This document shows positions 9,295 through 16,910 of a stretch of DNA of 64,000 nt, one piece after another. The DNA is taken from NCBI GenBank assembly GCA_051954195.1, contig JBQCHZ010000015.1, forward strand, positions 18,357 through 82,356, read 5' to 3'. A model generated the notes under the pieces. That model saw only the letters and a list, made by a program, of their open reading frames with translations. It searched no databases and had not been told where the DNA came from. Position 1 is the first letter of the stretch. Each line of letters starts with the position of its first letter. A program made the translations under genes and the position numbers. The stretch comes from Marmoricola sp. (GTDB lineage Bacteria > Actinomycetota > Actinomycetes > Propionibacteriales > Nocardioidaceae).

Positions 9295-10227
9295 GTGATC
9301 ACGCGAGCTGACGTCGAGCAGGCCCGGGACCGGATCGCGGGACGAGTACGCCGTACGCCGCTCGCGCCCGTCGGCGGCGCCTTCGGGGGCCGGGGCTGGT
9401 TCAAGCTGGAGCACCTGCAGCACACCGGCAGCTTCAAGGCCCGGGGCGCGTTCAACCGGATCCTCTGCGCGGCCGAGGACGGCATCCTCGACCCGTCCGT
9501 GGGCGTGGTGGTGGCCTCGGGCGGCAACGCGGGGTTGGCGAACGCGTTCGCGGCACGGGCGCTGGGCGTGCCGGCCACCGTGTTCGTTCCCGAGACGGCG
9601 CCCCGGGTGAAGGTAGACCGGCTCCGGGCGTACGGCGCCGACGTGGTGCTGCGCGGCAGCGAGTTCGCCGAGGCGCAGGCGGCGGCCGTCGAGCATGCGG
9701 AACGGACCGGCGCGGTCGCCTGCCACGCCTACGACCAGCCGGCGATCGCGGCCGGCGCGGGGACGCTCGCCCTGGAGGTGCTTGACGACCTGCCCGACGG
9801 CGTCGACACGGTGATCGTCGCGGTCGGCGGGGGCGGCCTGCTCGCCGGCGTCGCGGCGGCGACGGAGGGCGCGGCCCGGGTGGTCGGTGTCGAGCCCCGG
9901 TCGATCCCGACCCTGCACACCGCGCTGGAGCGGGGCGCTCCGACCGACGTCGCGGTCTCGGGGATCGCCGCCGACTCACTGGGCGCACGCCGCCTGGGCG
10001 ACATCGCCTTCGACGTGGCGACCCGCACCGGCGTGGAGTCGGTGCTGGTCGGCGACGACGCCATCGTCGCGGCCCGCCGGCTGCTCTGGGAGGAGTACCG
10101 GATCGTCGTCGAGCACGGCGCCGCCACCGCCCTCGCCGCCCTGACCGCCGGCGCCTACCTGCCGGCCGCCGACGAGCGGGTCGTCGTCGTGCTGTGCGGC
10201 GCGAACACCGATCCCGCCACCCTGTAG
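9295..10227 (+). CDS. PLP-dependent threonine/serine dehydratase
   Basis: FKLEHLQHTGSFKARGA (PLP Lys), ASGGNAG, VAVGGGGL, VVEHGAA, LCGANTD; GTG 9295 follows AGGAGG (ATG 9280 is an alternative). Confidence 0.9.
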   Translation: MITRADVEQARDRIAGRVRRTPLAPVGGAFGGRGWFKLEHLQHTGSFKARGAFNRILCAAEDGILDPSVGVVVASGGNAGLANAFAARALGVPATVFVPETAPRVKVDRLRAYGADVVLRGSEFAEAQAAAVEHAERTGAVACHAYDQPAIAAGAGTLALEVLDDLPDGVDTVIVAVGGGGLLAGVAAATEGAARVVGVEPRSIPTLHTALERGAPTDVAVSGIAADSLGARRLGDIAFDVATRTGVESVLVGDDAIVAARRLLWEEYRIVVEHGAATALAALTAGAYLPAADERVVVVLCGANTDPATL

Positions 10228-10252
10228 GACCCCCCCGCTGGACCCGCGCCGC

Positions 10253-11374
10253 TCAGATGTCGGCGAAGAACACCGCGCCGGCGAAGGCGAGGTACAGCCC
10301 GAGCAGCATCACGCCCTCGAGCCAGTTGGCCTTGCCGTCGTCGAGCAGCTGCCGGACCAGCAGCGTCGCGATCGCCAGCGCGGTCAGCTCCAGCGCGCTG
10401 AAGACGAGCTCGATCGGGTGTCCAGTGACCGCACCGAGCAGCACGAGGGCGGGGACGACCAGCATCGGAAGCTGCATGCTGGCGCCGACCGCGATCTCGG
10501 TGGCCACGCCGAGCCGGTCCTTCACCGCGAGCGCGAGCGCGCTGAACTGCTCGGCCGCATTGCCGACCAGCGGCAGGATCACGAACCCGATGAACCCACT
10601 GTGCAGCCCGAGCGACGCACCCGCCTCCTGCACGCTGCTGGCGACGAACTCCGCCGCGATCGCGACCAGCGCGGTCGCGACGGCCAGCACGATGATCGCG
10701 CCCTTGAGCGACCACGCCCGTCCCGACTCGCTCTCCTCTTCGACCCCCTGGTCCTGCTTCGATCCCCCCGCGCTCTGCTCACCTGAGGAGTCGGTGCGGA
10801 ACAGGCTCCGGTTGGTCTTCAGCATGAACAGCAACGACAGGGCGTAGATCGCGAACAGGATCACGGCGACCAACCCGCTGACCTCGTCGAGCCTGTTCGT
10901 CGAGCTCTCGGGTCGGTAGGAGAAGACCGTCGGCAGGATCAGGATGCCGATGGAGAGGAACAGCATCGTCGACTGCACCTGCGAGGTGCGCGTGATCTTG
11001 ACTTCGCCGTCCCGGTCGTGTCCCGCAACGATCATTGCGACGCCGAGGAGCAGCAACAGGTTGCCGATGATGGAGCCGGTGATGGACGCCTTGAGCACCG
11101 AGATCTCGCCATTGACCACCAGCAGGGCGGCGATCAGGAACTCGGCGATGTTGCCGAAGGTGGCGTTCAGCAACGCGCCCATGCTGCCGCCCACGCTCTC
11201 GGCGAGCACCTCCGTCGACCGCCCGACGAGCCCGGCGAGCGGGATCACGGCGATCGCGGAGGTGATGAACAGCGCCGCCGCACCGAAGTCGAGGAACTTC
11301 GCCGCCACGGCCACCGGGAGCGCGATCACCAGAAAGTCGAGTGGCCGCCAAGGCCCCAGGGACTTCAGGTTCAA
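10253..11374 (-). CDS. cax: Ca2+/H+ antiporter (CaCA/ChaA family)
   Basis: Alpha repeats GALLNATFGNIAE, SITGSIIGNLLL and LPLVGNAAE; TTG 11374 preceded by GGAGG. Confidence 0.9.
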   Translation of the reverse strand: MNLKSLGPWRPLDFLVIALPVAVAAKFLDFGAAALFITSAIAVIPLAGLVGRSTEVLAESVGGSMGALLNATFGNIAEFLIAALLVVNGEISVLKASITGSIIGNLLLLLGVAMIVAGHDRDGEVKITRTSQVQSTMLFLSIGILILPTVFSYRPESSTNRLDEVSGLVAVILFAIYALSLLFMLKTNRSLFRTDSSGEQSAGGSKQDQGVEEESESGRAWSLKGAIIVLAVATALVAIAAEFVASSVQEAGASLGLHSGFIGFVILPLVGNAAEQFSALALAVKDRLGVATEIAVGASMQLPMLVVPALVLLGAVTGHPIELVFSALELTALAIATLLVRQLLDDGKANWLEGVMLLGLYLAFAGAVFFADI

Positions 11375-11714
11375 GAGCTCCTCCGCACACAGGTACGCCG
11401 GCGCCGCGCTCGGGCGTATACCGCCACAGGGTTCCCCGCGCCCGGCGGCGTATGCGCACCGCGGCGCGCCGCCATCGGACCACACAGCGCACTCGGGCTG
11501 ACTAGGTGAACGCGGCGGGCGTGGACGGCCGTTCTGCCGCCGTCCCAGCGGGTCATTCCCCGCGTTCGGGCTACACCTTTCGGCGACCCGCCCTCGCTCC
11601 TCCCAGGCGACGGACGCGGCGCGCCTTGGTGAGTGCCTCCGGCAAGTCGCGTTAGCCTCGCCGCACTCGGACGTCGGCGCAGGAACGGGCCCGGGAAGTA
11701 GAGGCGGGGGAAGC

Positions 11715-13127
11715 ATGAGCGAAGAGTCTTGGCATGAGGCACGGCTCATTCCGACGTCCGGCATCAACGGCGCTGAGGAACAGGAGCGGCGTGCGACCTC
11801 CGCACTCCTTGCTGTGCTCGGTGCCGTCAAGGAGTTCGGACGGAGTTTCGTCAAGCCGTTCGGAGCACCGGCCGGAGCGATGCAGTGCTACATCGAGGTG
11901 CCCTTCACGCTCGGTGAACGGCGGCTCTACCCGGATGGCCTGATCCGCGTCAGACGTGGCTCCCGATCGTGGACCGCGCTGGTCGAGGTGAAGACCGGTT
12001 CTAACCGCCTCGCCACCGAGCAGCTTGAGGCTTATCTAGACATCGCTCGCGAGAACGCGTTTGACGCCGTTATCACCATCTCGAACGAGATCCCGGCGAT
12101 CGAGGGCCAGCACCCCACCAAGGTCGACAAGCGGAAGCTGAAGAAGGTCGCGCTGCATCACCTCTCTTGGTCCAAGGTCCTGGCGGATGCGGTCATGCAG
12201 AAGGAGTTTCGCGGCGTCGCAGACCCTGAGCAGGCGTGGATCCTCGGCGAGCTGATCCGCTACCTGGAGCACCGCAAGTCTGGAGCGCTGGAGTTCGACG
12301 ACATGGGCGAGGCTTGGGTCGGGGTTCGCGATGCCGTAGCTGCCGGCACCCTGCGACCGTCAGACAAGGGCGTGGACGAAGTCGTCGCACGATTCGATGC
12401 ACTGCTGCGCTTCGCCAGCCTTCAGCTCGGCCGCCAGCTCGGCACGGAGGTGGTACCGGCGTTGACGCGCCGCGAGCTGAGCGACCCTGCGTCACGTGCA
12501 CAGGCCATGACGGCCACGTTGTGCGATACCGGTGTCCTGACGGGGGCTATCCGTGTTCCGGACACCGTCGGGCACCTGGTCGTCACCGCAGATCTACGGG
12601 CCGCGAAGGTGACGTGCCACGTCGACGTAGAAGCGCCACGCGAAGGCAAACCCACGACCCGAGTGAATTGGCTGCTGCGTCAATTGAAGTCGGCTCCGGA
12701 CAGCACTCGCGTCGAGTCCTTTGTTGCCCATGGGCGTGGTGCAGCGATGGCGGAGCTTCTCGGCGCCATCCGGGAGAGCTCAGGGGTGCTGGTCGACGAC
12801 TCCGGCCGCGAGATCCGAGCCTTCCGTGGGGCGACCAGCGCTAATCTGGGATCGAAGCGCGGCCGCGGCCGCGGTGCCTTCATCGACTCTGTCCTCAGCG
12901 CCGTGGATGGGTTCTATGCGGACGTGCTTGGGTCGCTCCGTGCCTGGTCTGCCGCGCCTCCGAAGCTCCGGCCGGCCGACGCTGCATCCCAAGGGATCGA
13001 CGAGAAGATTCCACCGGCACTTCCGTCGACGGACTACTCCTCACAGGACGAGCCGTCGAACCAGCCTGCGGAGAGCTCGCCTGCTCCTAGCGAGCAACTG
13101 CCTTCTGCCGCGGAAGATATCGACTGA
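11715..13127 (+). CDS. Hypothetical protein with PD-(D/E)XK nuclease-like motif
   Basis: YPDGLIRV...WTALVEVKTG fits the PD..(D/E)xK catalytic spacing; acidic/Pro-rich low-complexity C-terminus; more A/T-ending codons than flanking genes. Confidence 0.6.
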   Translation: MSEESWHEARLIPTSGINGAEEQERRATSALLAVLGAVKEFGRSFVKPFGAPAGAMQCYIEVPFTLGERRLYPDGLIRVRRGSRSWTALVEVKTGSNRLATEQLEAYLDIARENAFDAVITISNEIPAIEGQHPTKVDKRKLKKVALHHLSWSKVLADAVMQKEFRGVADPEQAWILGELIRYLEHRKSGALEFDDMGEAWVGVRDAVAAGTLRPSDKGVDEVVARFDALLRFASLQLGRQLGTEVVPALTRRELSDPASRAQAMTATLCDTGVLTGAIRVPDTVGHLVVTADLRAAKVTCHVDVEAPREGKPTTRVNWLLRQLKSAPDSTRVESFVAHGRGAAMAELLGAIRESSGVLVDDSGREIRAFRGATSANLGSKRGRGRGAFIDSVLSAVDGFYADVLGSLRAWSAAPPKLRPADAASQGIDEKIPPALPSTDYSSQDEPSNQPAESSPAPSEQLPSAAEDID

Positions 13128-14823
13128 GATACGAGCGGAGCTGTTCGTCGCACACATATAGGTACGTCCCGAGGATCCCCCGGGTCACCAGCACCGCGTA
13201 GATGTTCGTGACCAGCTGGAGCAGATCATCGTCGCTGTAGACGATGCCCAGGCGCGGATTGTTCTCCTTGCCCTTGGAGTCGAAGTAGTTGTCCCGGTCG
13301 AAAACGAGTCGGCCGGCCGCGGCGTCGTACCTCAGGTCCGGACCGATGATCACGCCGGCGTAGTTGAGGTCGTAGCCCTGGACGGTGTGAATGGAGCCGA
13401 CCTCATCGCGGGAGGTCGGTGAGCCGACCCAGTCGACGGCTGTCCGGTTCCACTGAAGACGAACTCCGTCGATGTCGATGTCGATGGCGTCGCGGTTCGC
13501 CTTGCTTCGCCAGGGCCAGGCGTAGCCGGCCACCAGACGTCCCAGGCCGTGCTCGTCGTCCTTGCGTCGGATGGCTTCGACCATCGCTGGGAAGTCGTCG
13601 AAGAGGCGTAGGTCGTACTGGTCGAACGTCTGCGGCGCCGGCGGGTCAGCGCTCAGCACCCGGCGCACGTAGCCCACGTAGTCGTCTCCACCTGCGACGC
13701 GCATCTGAGTCGTCAGGCGGTAGCGGCGACGCTGCTCATCAACGGCTGCGAGCAGCTGGTCGACGACGTGGCGTGGAAGGTCAGCGGGACGCACGCTCTG
13801 TGCTGCGTCGATGAGGAAGATCTGGTGCGTGCTTCGGGCAACGATCCAGTCGAGCTGCGTGTGGAGCGAGTCGCCCGAGCCGAAGAGCCGTTCGTTGATG
13901 TCGGCGTACCGCCGGTTCTGCACACCCGACGGCTGGTTGGCGCGCTGGTTCAGCCGGTGCGCCTCGTCCACGATGAGCAGGTCGTACGGCTCCGAATCCT
14001 CGCCGACCTCGAACGGCGTCAACACCATCGCGGCGTCCAGTCCAGGCGTACGCCGGAACACCTTCTCGATCGACTTTCGAAGCGACTGCTGCGGGATGAC
14101 GAGGCCGACGCGGAAGTCCTCGAGGAGCTCGGGGTAGCCCGCGAGGAAGAACTCCGACAACACCGCGTCCTCGTCGACGGCTTCGGCTGGGTCGGAGGCC
14201 TTGATGTCGCTGAGCAGCTTCATGAGGTAGATCGCCACGACGGTCTTGCCGGTGCCGGGGTCGCCCTGGATGACGATCTGGCTGGGCCGGTCGTCGGCGA
14301 GGTCCTGGAACAAGCCGTCGAGGATGTCCTCCATCGCAATGGCCTGGTCCTGCGTCAGGGCCTTGAAGGGCGATAGCTTGAAGAGGTCGCTGTTCTCGAT
14401 CTCGCGCACGGACCGGCTGAACGCTCCGCGCTCTCGCAGCTCCTCGAAGATCTCGTCGAAGAGGAGTCGATACTCAGCGCGGCCGTAGTAGTCGCTGTCC
14501 GTGATGCCGACGTTGCGGTTGAGCACGTCGTACTGTCCGTCGCCCGAGAACAGTCGGATCAGGTGCGACTCCAGGTCGAGGCAGACGGACTTGTTGAACG
14601 TCGCGTCCACGACGATGCGTGCACCGGTCAGCTCGGCCTTCCGGGCGTCATCGAGGTGCTGGCGGAGACGAGTGACGGCGCTCAGCGACTCGCCGACGTA
14701 GATCTTGTCGGCGCTGCCGAGGGCGTAGACGACCGGCCAGTTCCTGAACCGCGGGTCGAGCGCGGCCCAAGCGTCGAGGTTACTGCGCTCGAACGCGACT
14801 TCCTCAATCCGGAAGCTGGTCAT
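13087..14823 (-). CDS. GIY-YIG nuclease fused to DUF2075 (Schlafen group 3-like / SF1-type) helicase domain
   Basis: N-terminal VVYALGSADKIYVGES...RLRQH...LESHLI; Walker A GDPGTGKT, Walker B LLIVDEAH, DAAQSVRP, LTTQMRV, VGSIHTVQGYDL, YAVLVTRG. Start ATG 14823 lies inside the end of the MazG-like gene. Confidence 0.85.
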   Translation of the reverse strand: MTSFRIEEVAFERSNLDAWAALDPRFRNWPVVYALGSADKIYVGESLSAVTRLRQHLDDARKAELTGARIVVDATFNKSVCLDLESHLIRLFSGDGQYDVLNRNVGITDSDYYGRAEYRLLFDEIFEELRERGAFSRSVREIENSDLFKLSPFKALTQDQAIAMEDILDGLFQDLADDRPSQIVIQGDPGTGKTVVAIYLMKLLSDIKASDPAEAVDEDAVLSEFFLAGYPELLEDFRVGLVIPQQSLRKSIEKVFRRTPGLDAAMVLTPFEVGEDSEPYDLLIVDEAHRLNQRANQPSGVQNRRYADINERLFGSGDSLHTQLDWIVARSTHQIFLIDAAQSVRPADLPRHVVDQLLAAVDEQRRRYRLTTQMRVAGGDDYVGYVRRVLSADPPAPQTFDQYDLRLFDDFPAMVEAIRRKDDEHGLGRLVAGYAWPWRSKANRDAIDIDIDGVRLQWNRTAVDWVGSPTSRDEVGSIHTVQGYDLNYAGVIIGPDLRYDAAAGRLVFDRDNYFDSKGKENNPRLGIVYSDDDLLQLVTNIYAVLVTRGILGTYLYVCDEQLRSYLSRYLPRQKAVAR

Positions 14824-15130
14824 ACTTCGTGCTCCGCCCCCGCGCGCGCTCGACCGGGTACTTGCCACGAGTCAGCTCCAGCTTCTCGAGCACGAGATCA
14901 TCGGGATCGGCGCCCAACGTGTCGGCAAGGAGGTAGCAGTAGGTCAACACGTCCGCGAGCTCTTCGCGAACCGAGCTCGAGTCGCTCGGCTCACCCCATT
15001 GGAAGCACTCGAGGAGCTCTCCCGACTCGATCACGACGCTCTTGGCCAGGTTCTCAGCGCTGTGGAACTGACTCCAGTCGCGCTCGTCGCGGAAGGCTCG
15101 AAGCGCCTCGATCGCCGGACGGGTCGCCAT
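14804..15130 (-). CDS. MazG-like nucleotide pyrophosphohydrolase (dCTPase / RS21-C6 type)
   Basis: FRDERDWSQFHSAENLAKSVVIESGELLECFQW...VREELADV, LEKLELTRGKYP; leaderless -10 TAGGGT 7 nt before the ATG. Confidence 0.9.
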   Translation of the reverse strand: MATRPAIEALRAFRDERDWSQFHSAENLAKSVVIESGELLECFQWGEPSDSSSVREELADVLTYCYLLADTLGADPDDLVLEKLELTRGKYPVERARGRSTKYDQLPD

Positions 15131-15200
15131 GTCGCCGACCCTATCGGCGGACGACCTGCACGTGGTGGCTCCGACCTCCCGTGGCGTTTCGGCTCGACAG

Positions 15201-15950
15201 CTAGCGCTGTGCGACCAGTCGGCTCAGCTCATGCTGGTAGTCGCCGTAAGCCGTCCTCAGCCCCGCGCCGGGCCATGCCTCAGGCAGCACGGCATTGGGC
15301 AGCAGCGGATCCTCCGTCAGGTGGCGGACGAGGTGAGCGGCCACGGCGAGGCGGAGAGCTGGCTCCGTTGTGCGTCCGAGTTGGTCGAGCAGCGCCCTCC
15401 CCTTGTCCGCCCACTTCCCCAGATCCCACAGCCACGCAGCCAGCATGGCCGGGTCAGCCACGGGCCGAGCTGAGAAGCAGGACAGCACCGGGTCGACGGC
15501 GTACGGGGGCTCGCGGCGCAGGTTCGCTGGCCGGGTCCAGACGCCCTCCCGAAGCTCGGCCAGGCGGGCGTCGAGAAGCTGTTGCCGCAACGCGGCGCGC
15601 TCCCCCGCCGACCGGCCCGACACGACGACGACCGCCATCTCCCAGGTGCCGTCCCAGTCCTTCTCGGCGTCGGCGACGGCCTCGTCCTGGCGGCGCTGGC
15701 GGGCGACGAGGCGCCTCTCCAGGACGTAGTCGCCGTCCTCGCGGCGGAGGTCGCCGGCGGCGACCGCGCGACTGAGCGCTACGCGGGTAGTGGCCGCGGG
15801 GATGCCGAAGTGCTCACCCGCCGCGACGAGCTGGGCCGGGCTGAGGAGGTCGGGGTGGGCGCCGAGGAGGAGCGAGAGGACGACCGAGCGCGCGGGGAGC
15901 GGCTTCAGGCCGGGCAGAGCCGACGCAACGGTTCTCGACACAACCGTCAT
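15201..15950 (-). CDS. PaaX-family transcriptional regulator (Rv0674-like)
   Basis: C-terminal part of track ORF 15201..16922 from ATG 15950: ARSVVLSLLLG...TTRVALSRAVAAGDL, WDGTW, LAELREGVWTRPANL, DPLLPNAVLPEAWPG. Confidence 0.85.
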   Translation of the reverse strand: MTVVSRTVASALPGLKPLPARSVVLSLLLGAHPDLLSPAQLVAAGEHFGIPAATTRVALSRAVAAGDLRREDGDYVLERRLVARQRRQDEAVADAEKDWDGTWEMAVVVVSGRSAGERAALRQQLLDARLAELREGVWTRPANLRREPPYAVDPVLSCFSARPVADPAMLAAWLWDLGKWADKGRALLDQLGRTTEPALRLAVAAHLVRHLTEDPLLPNAVLPEAWPGAGLRTAYGDYQHELSRLVAQR

Positions 15951-15958
15951 GCTAGACG

Positions 15959-15964
15959 TAACAT
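15959..15964 (+). promoter_or_regulatory. -10 box of leaderless enoyl-CoA hydratase transcript
   Basis: TAACAT (TANNNT) 7 nt upstream of ATG 15972, inside a 21-bp gap between divergent genes. Confidence 0.55.
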
Positions 15965-15971
15965 CGGCTGC

Positions 15972-16910
15972 ATGACAGATCCCGCCCCGTGGCGGCACAT
16001 GCCGACCGAGGGAGCCGACTCGCCGTACGCGGCGCTGCCCGACCAGGACGGCGAGCGGGAGTACGCGACGCTGACGTACGAGGTGGATGGGCGGATCGCG
16101 CGGATCACGTTCAACCGGCCCGAGCAGGGCAACGCGATCACGCCGGACACCCCGGTCGAGCTCGCGCACGCGGTCGAGCGGGCGGACCTCGACCCGCGGG
16201 TGCACGTGATCGTGGTGAGCGGGCGGGGCAAGGGGTTCTGCGGCGGGTACGACCTTGCCGCGTTCGCCGAGCAGGCGATCCCCAACCACGACCCGTCCCA
16301 GACCTGGGACCCGATGGTCGACTACGCCCTGATGAGCCGCTTCACCAAGGGCTACGCGAGCCTCCTGCGCGCCAACAAGCCCACGGTGGCGAAGATCCAC
16401 GGCTTCTGCGTCGCTGGCGGCACCGACATCGCGCTGCACTGCGACCAGATCCTGATCAGCGCCGACGCCAAGATCGGCTACCCGCCCACCCGCGTCTGGG
16501 GCGTCCCCAGCGCCGGCCTGTGGGCGCACCGCCTCGGCGACCAGCGCGCCAAGCGGCTGCTGTTCACCGGCGACTGCCTCTCCGGCCGCGAAGCCGCCGA
16601 GTGGGGCCTCGCCATCGAGGCGCCGGAGCCCGAGGACCTCGACGCGCGCACCGAGAACCTGCTCGCCCGCATCGCCGCGATGCCGCTCAACCAGCTGATG
16701 ATGGTCAAGCTCGCGCTCAACTCCGCGCTGCTCGCCCAGGGCGTGCAGAACAGCCAGATGATCAGCACCGTCTTCGACGGCATCGCCCGCCACACACGCG
16801 AGGGTTACGCCTTCGCCGCCCGCGCCGCCGAGGTCGGCTTCCGCCAGGCGGTGGCCGAGCGCGACGGGCCGCCGTACGACGACTTCGGACCCTCCACCAA
16901 CAAGGGATGA
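15972..16910 (+). CDS. Crotonase / enoyl-CoA hydratase family protein (EchA4-like)
   Basis: ARITFNRPEQGNAIT, FCGGYDL, CVAGGTDIALHCD, KIGYPPTRVWG, LWAHRLGDQRAKRLLFTGD; very like mycobacterial EchA4 from memory. Confidence 0.9.
   Translation: MTDPAPWRHMPTEGADSPYAALPDQDGEREYATLTYEVDGRIARITFNRPEQGNAITPDTPVELAHAVERADLDPRVHVIVVSGRGKGFCGGYDLAAFAEQAIPNHDPSQTWDPMVDYALMSRFTKGYASLLRANKPTVAKIHGFCVAGGTDIALHCDQILISADAKIGYPPTRVWGVPSAGLWAHRLGDQRAKRLLFTGDCLSGREAAEWGLAIEAPEPEDLDARTENLLARIAAMPLNQLMMVKLALNSALLAQGVQNSQMISTVFDGIARHTREGYAFAARAAEVGFRQAVAERDGPPYDDFGPSTNKG

Noticed and set aside
11400-11600. Assignment of the cax leader to a known riboswitch (yybP-ykoY, M-box, c-di-AMP, guanidine-I)
   Set aside because: Only isolated 6-8 nt words resemble the consensus, and the order and spacing do not fit; kept only as an unclassified candidate.
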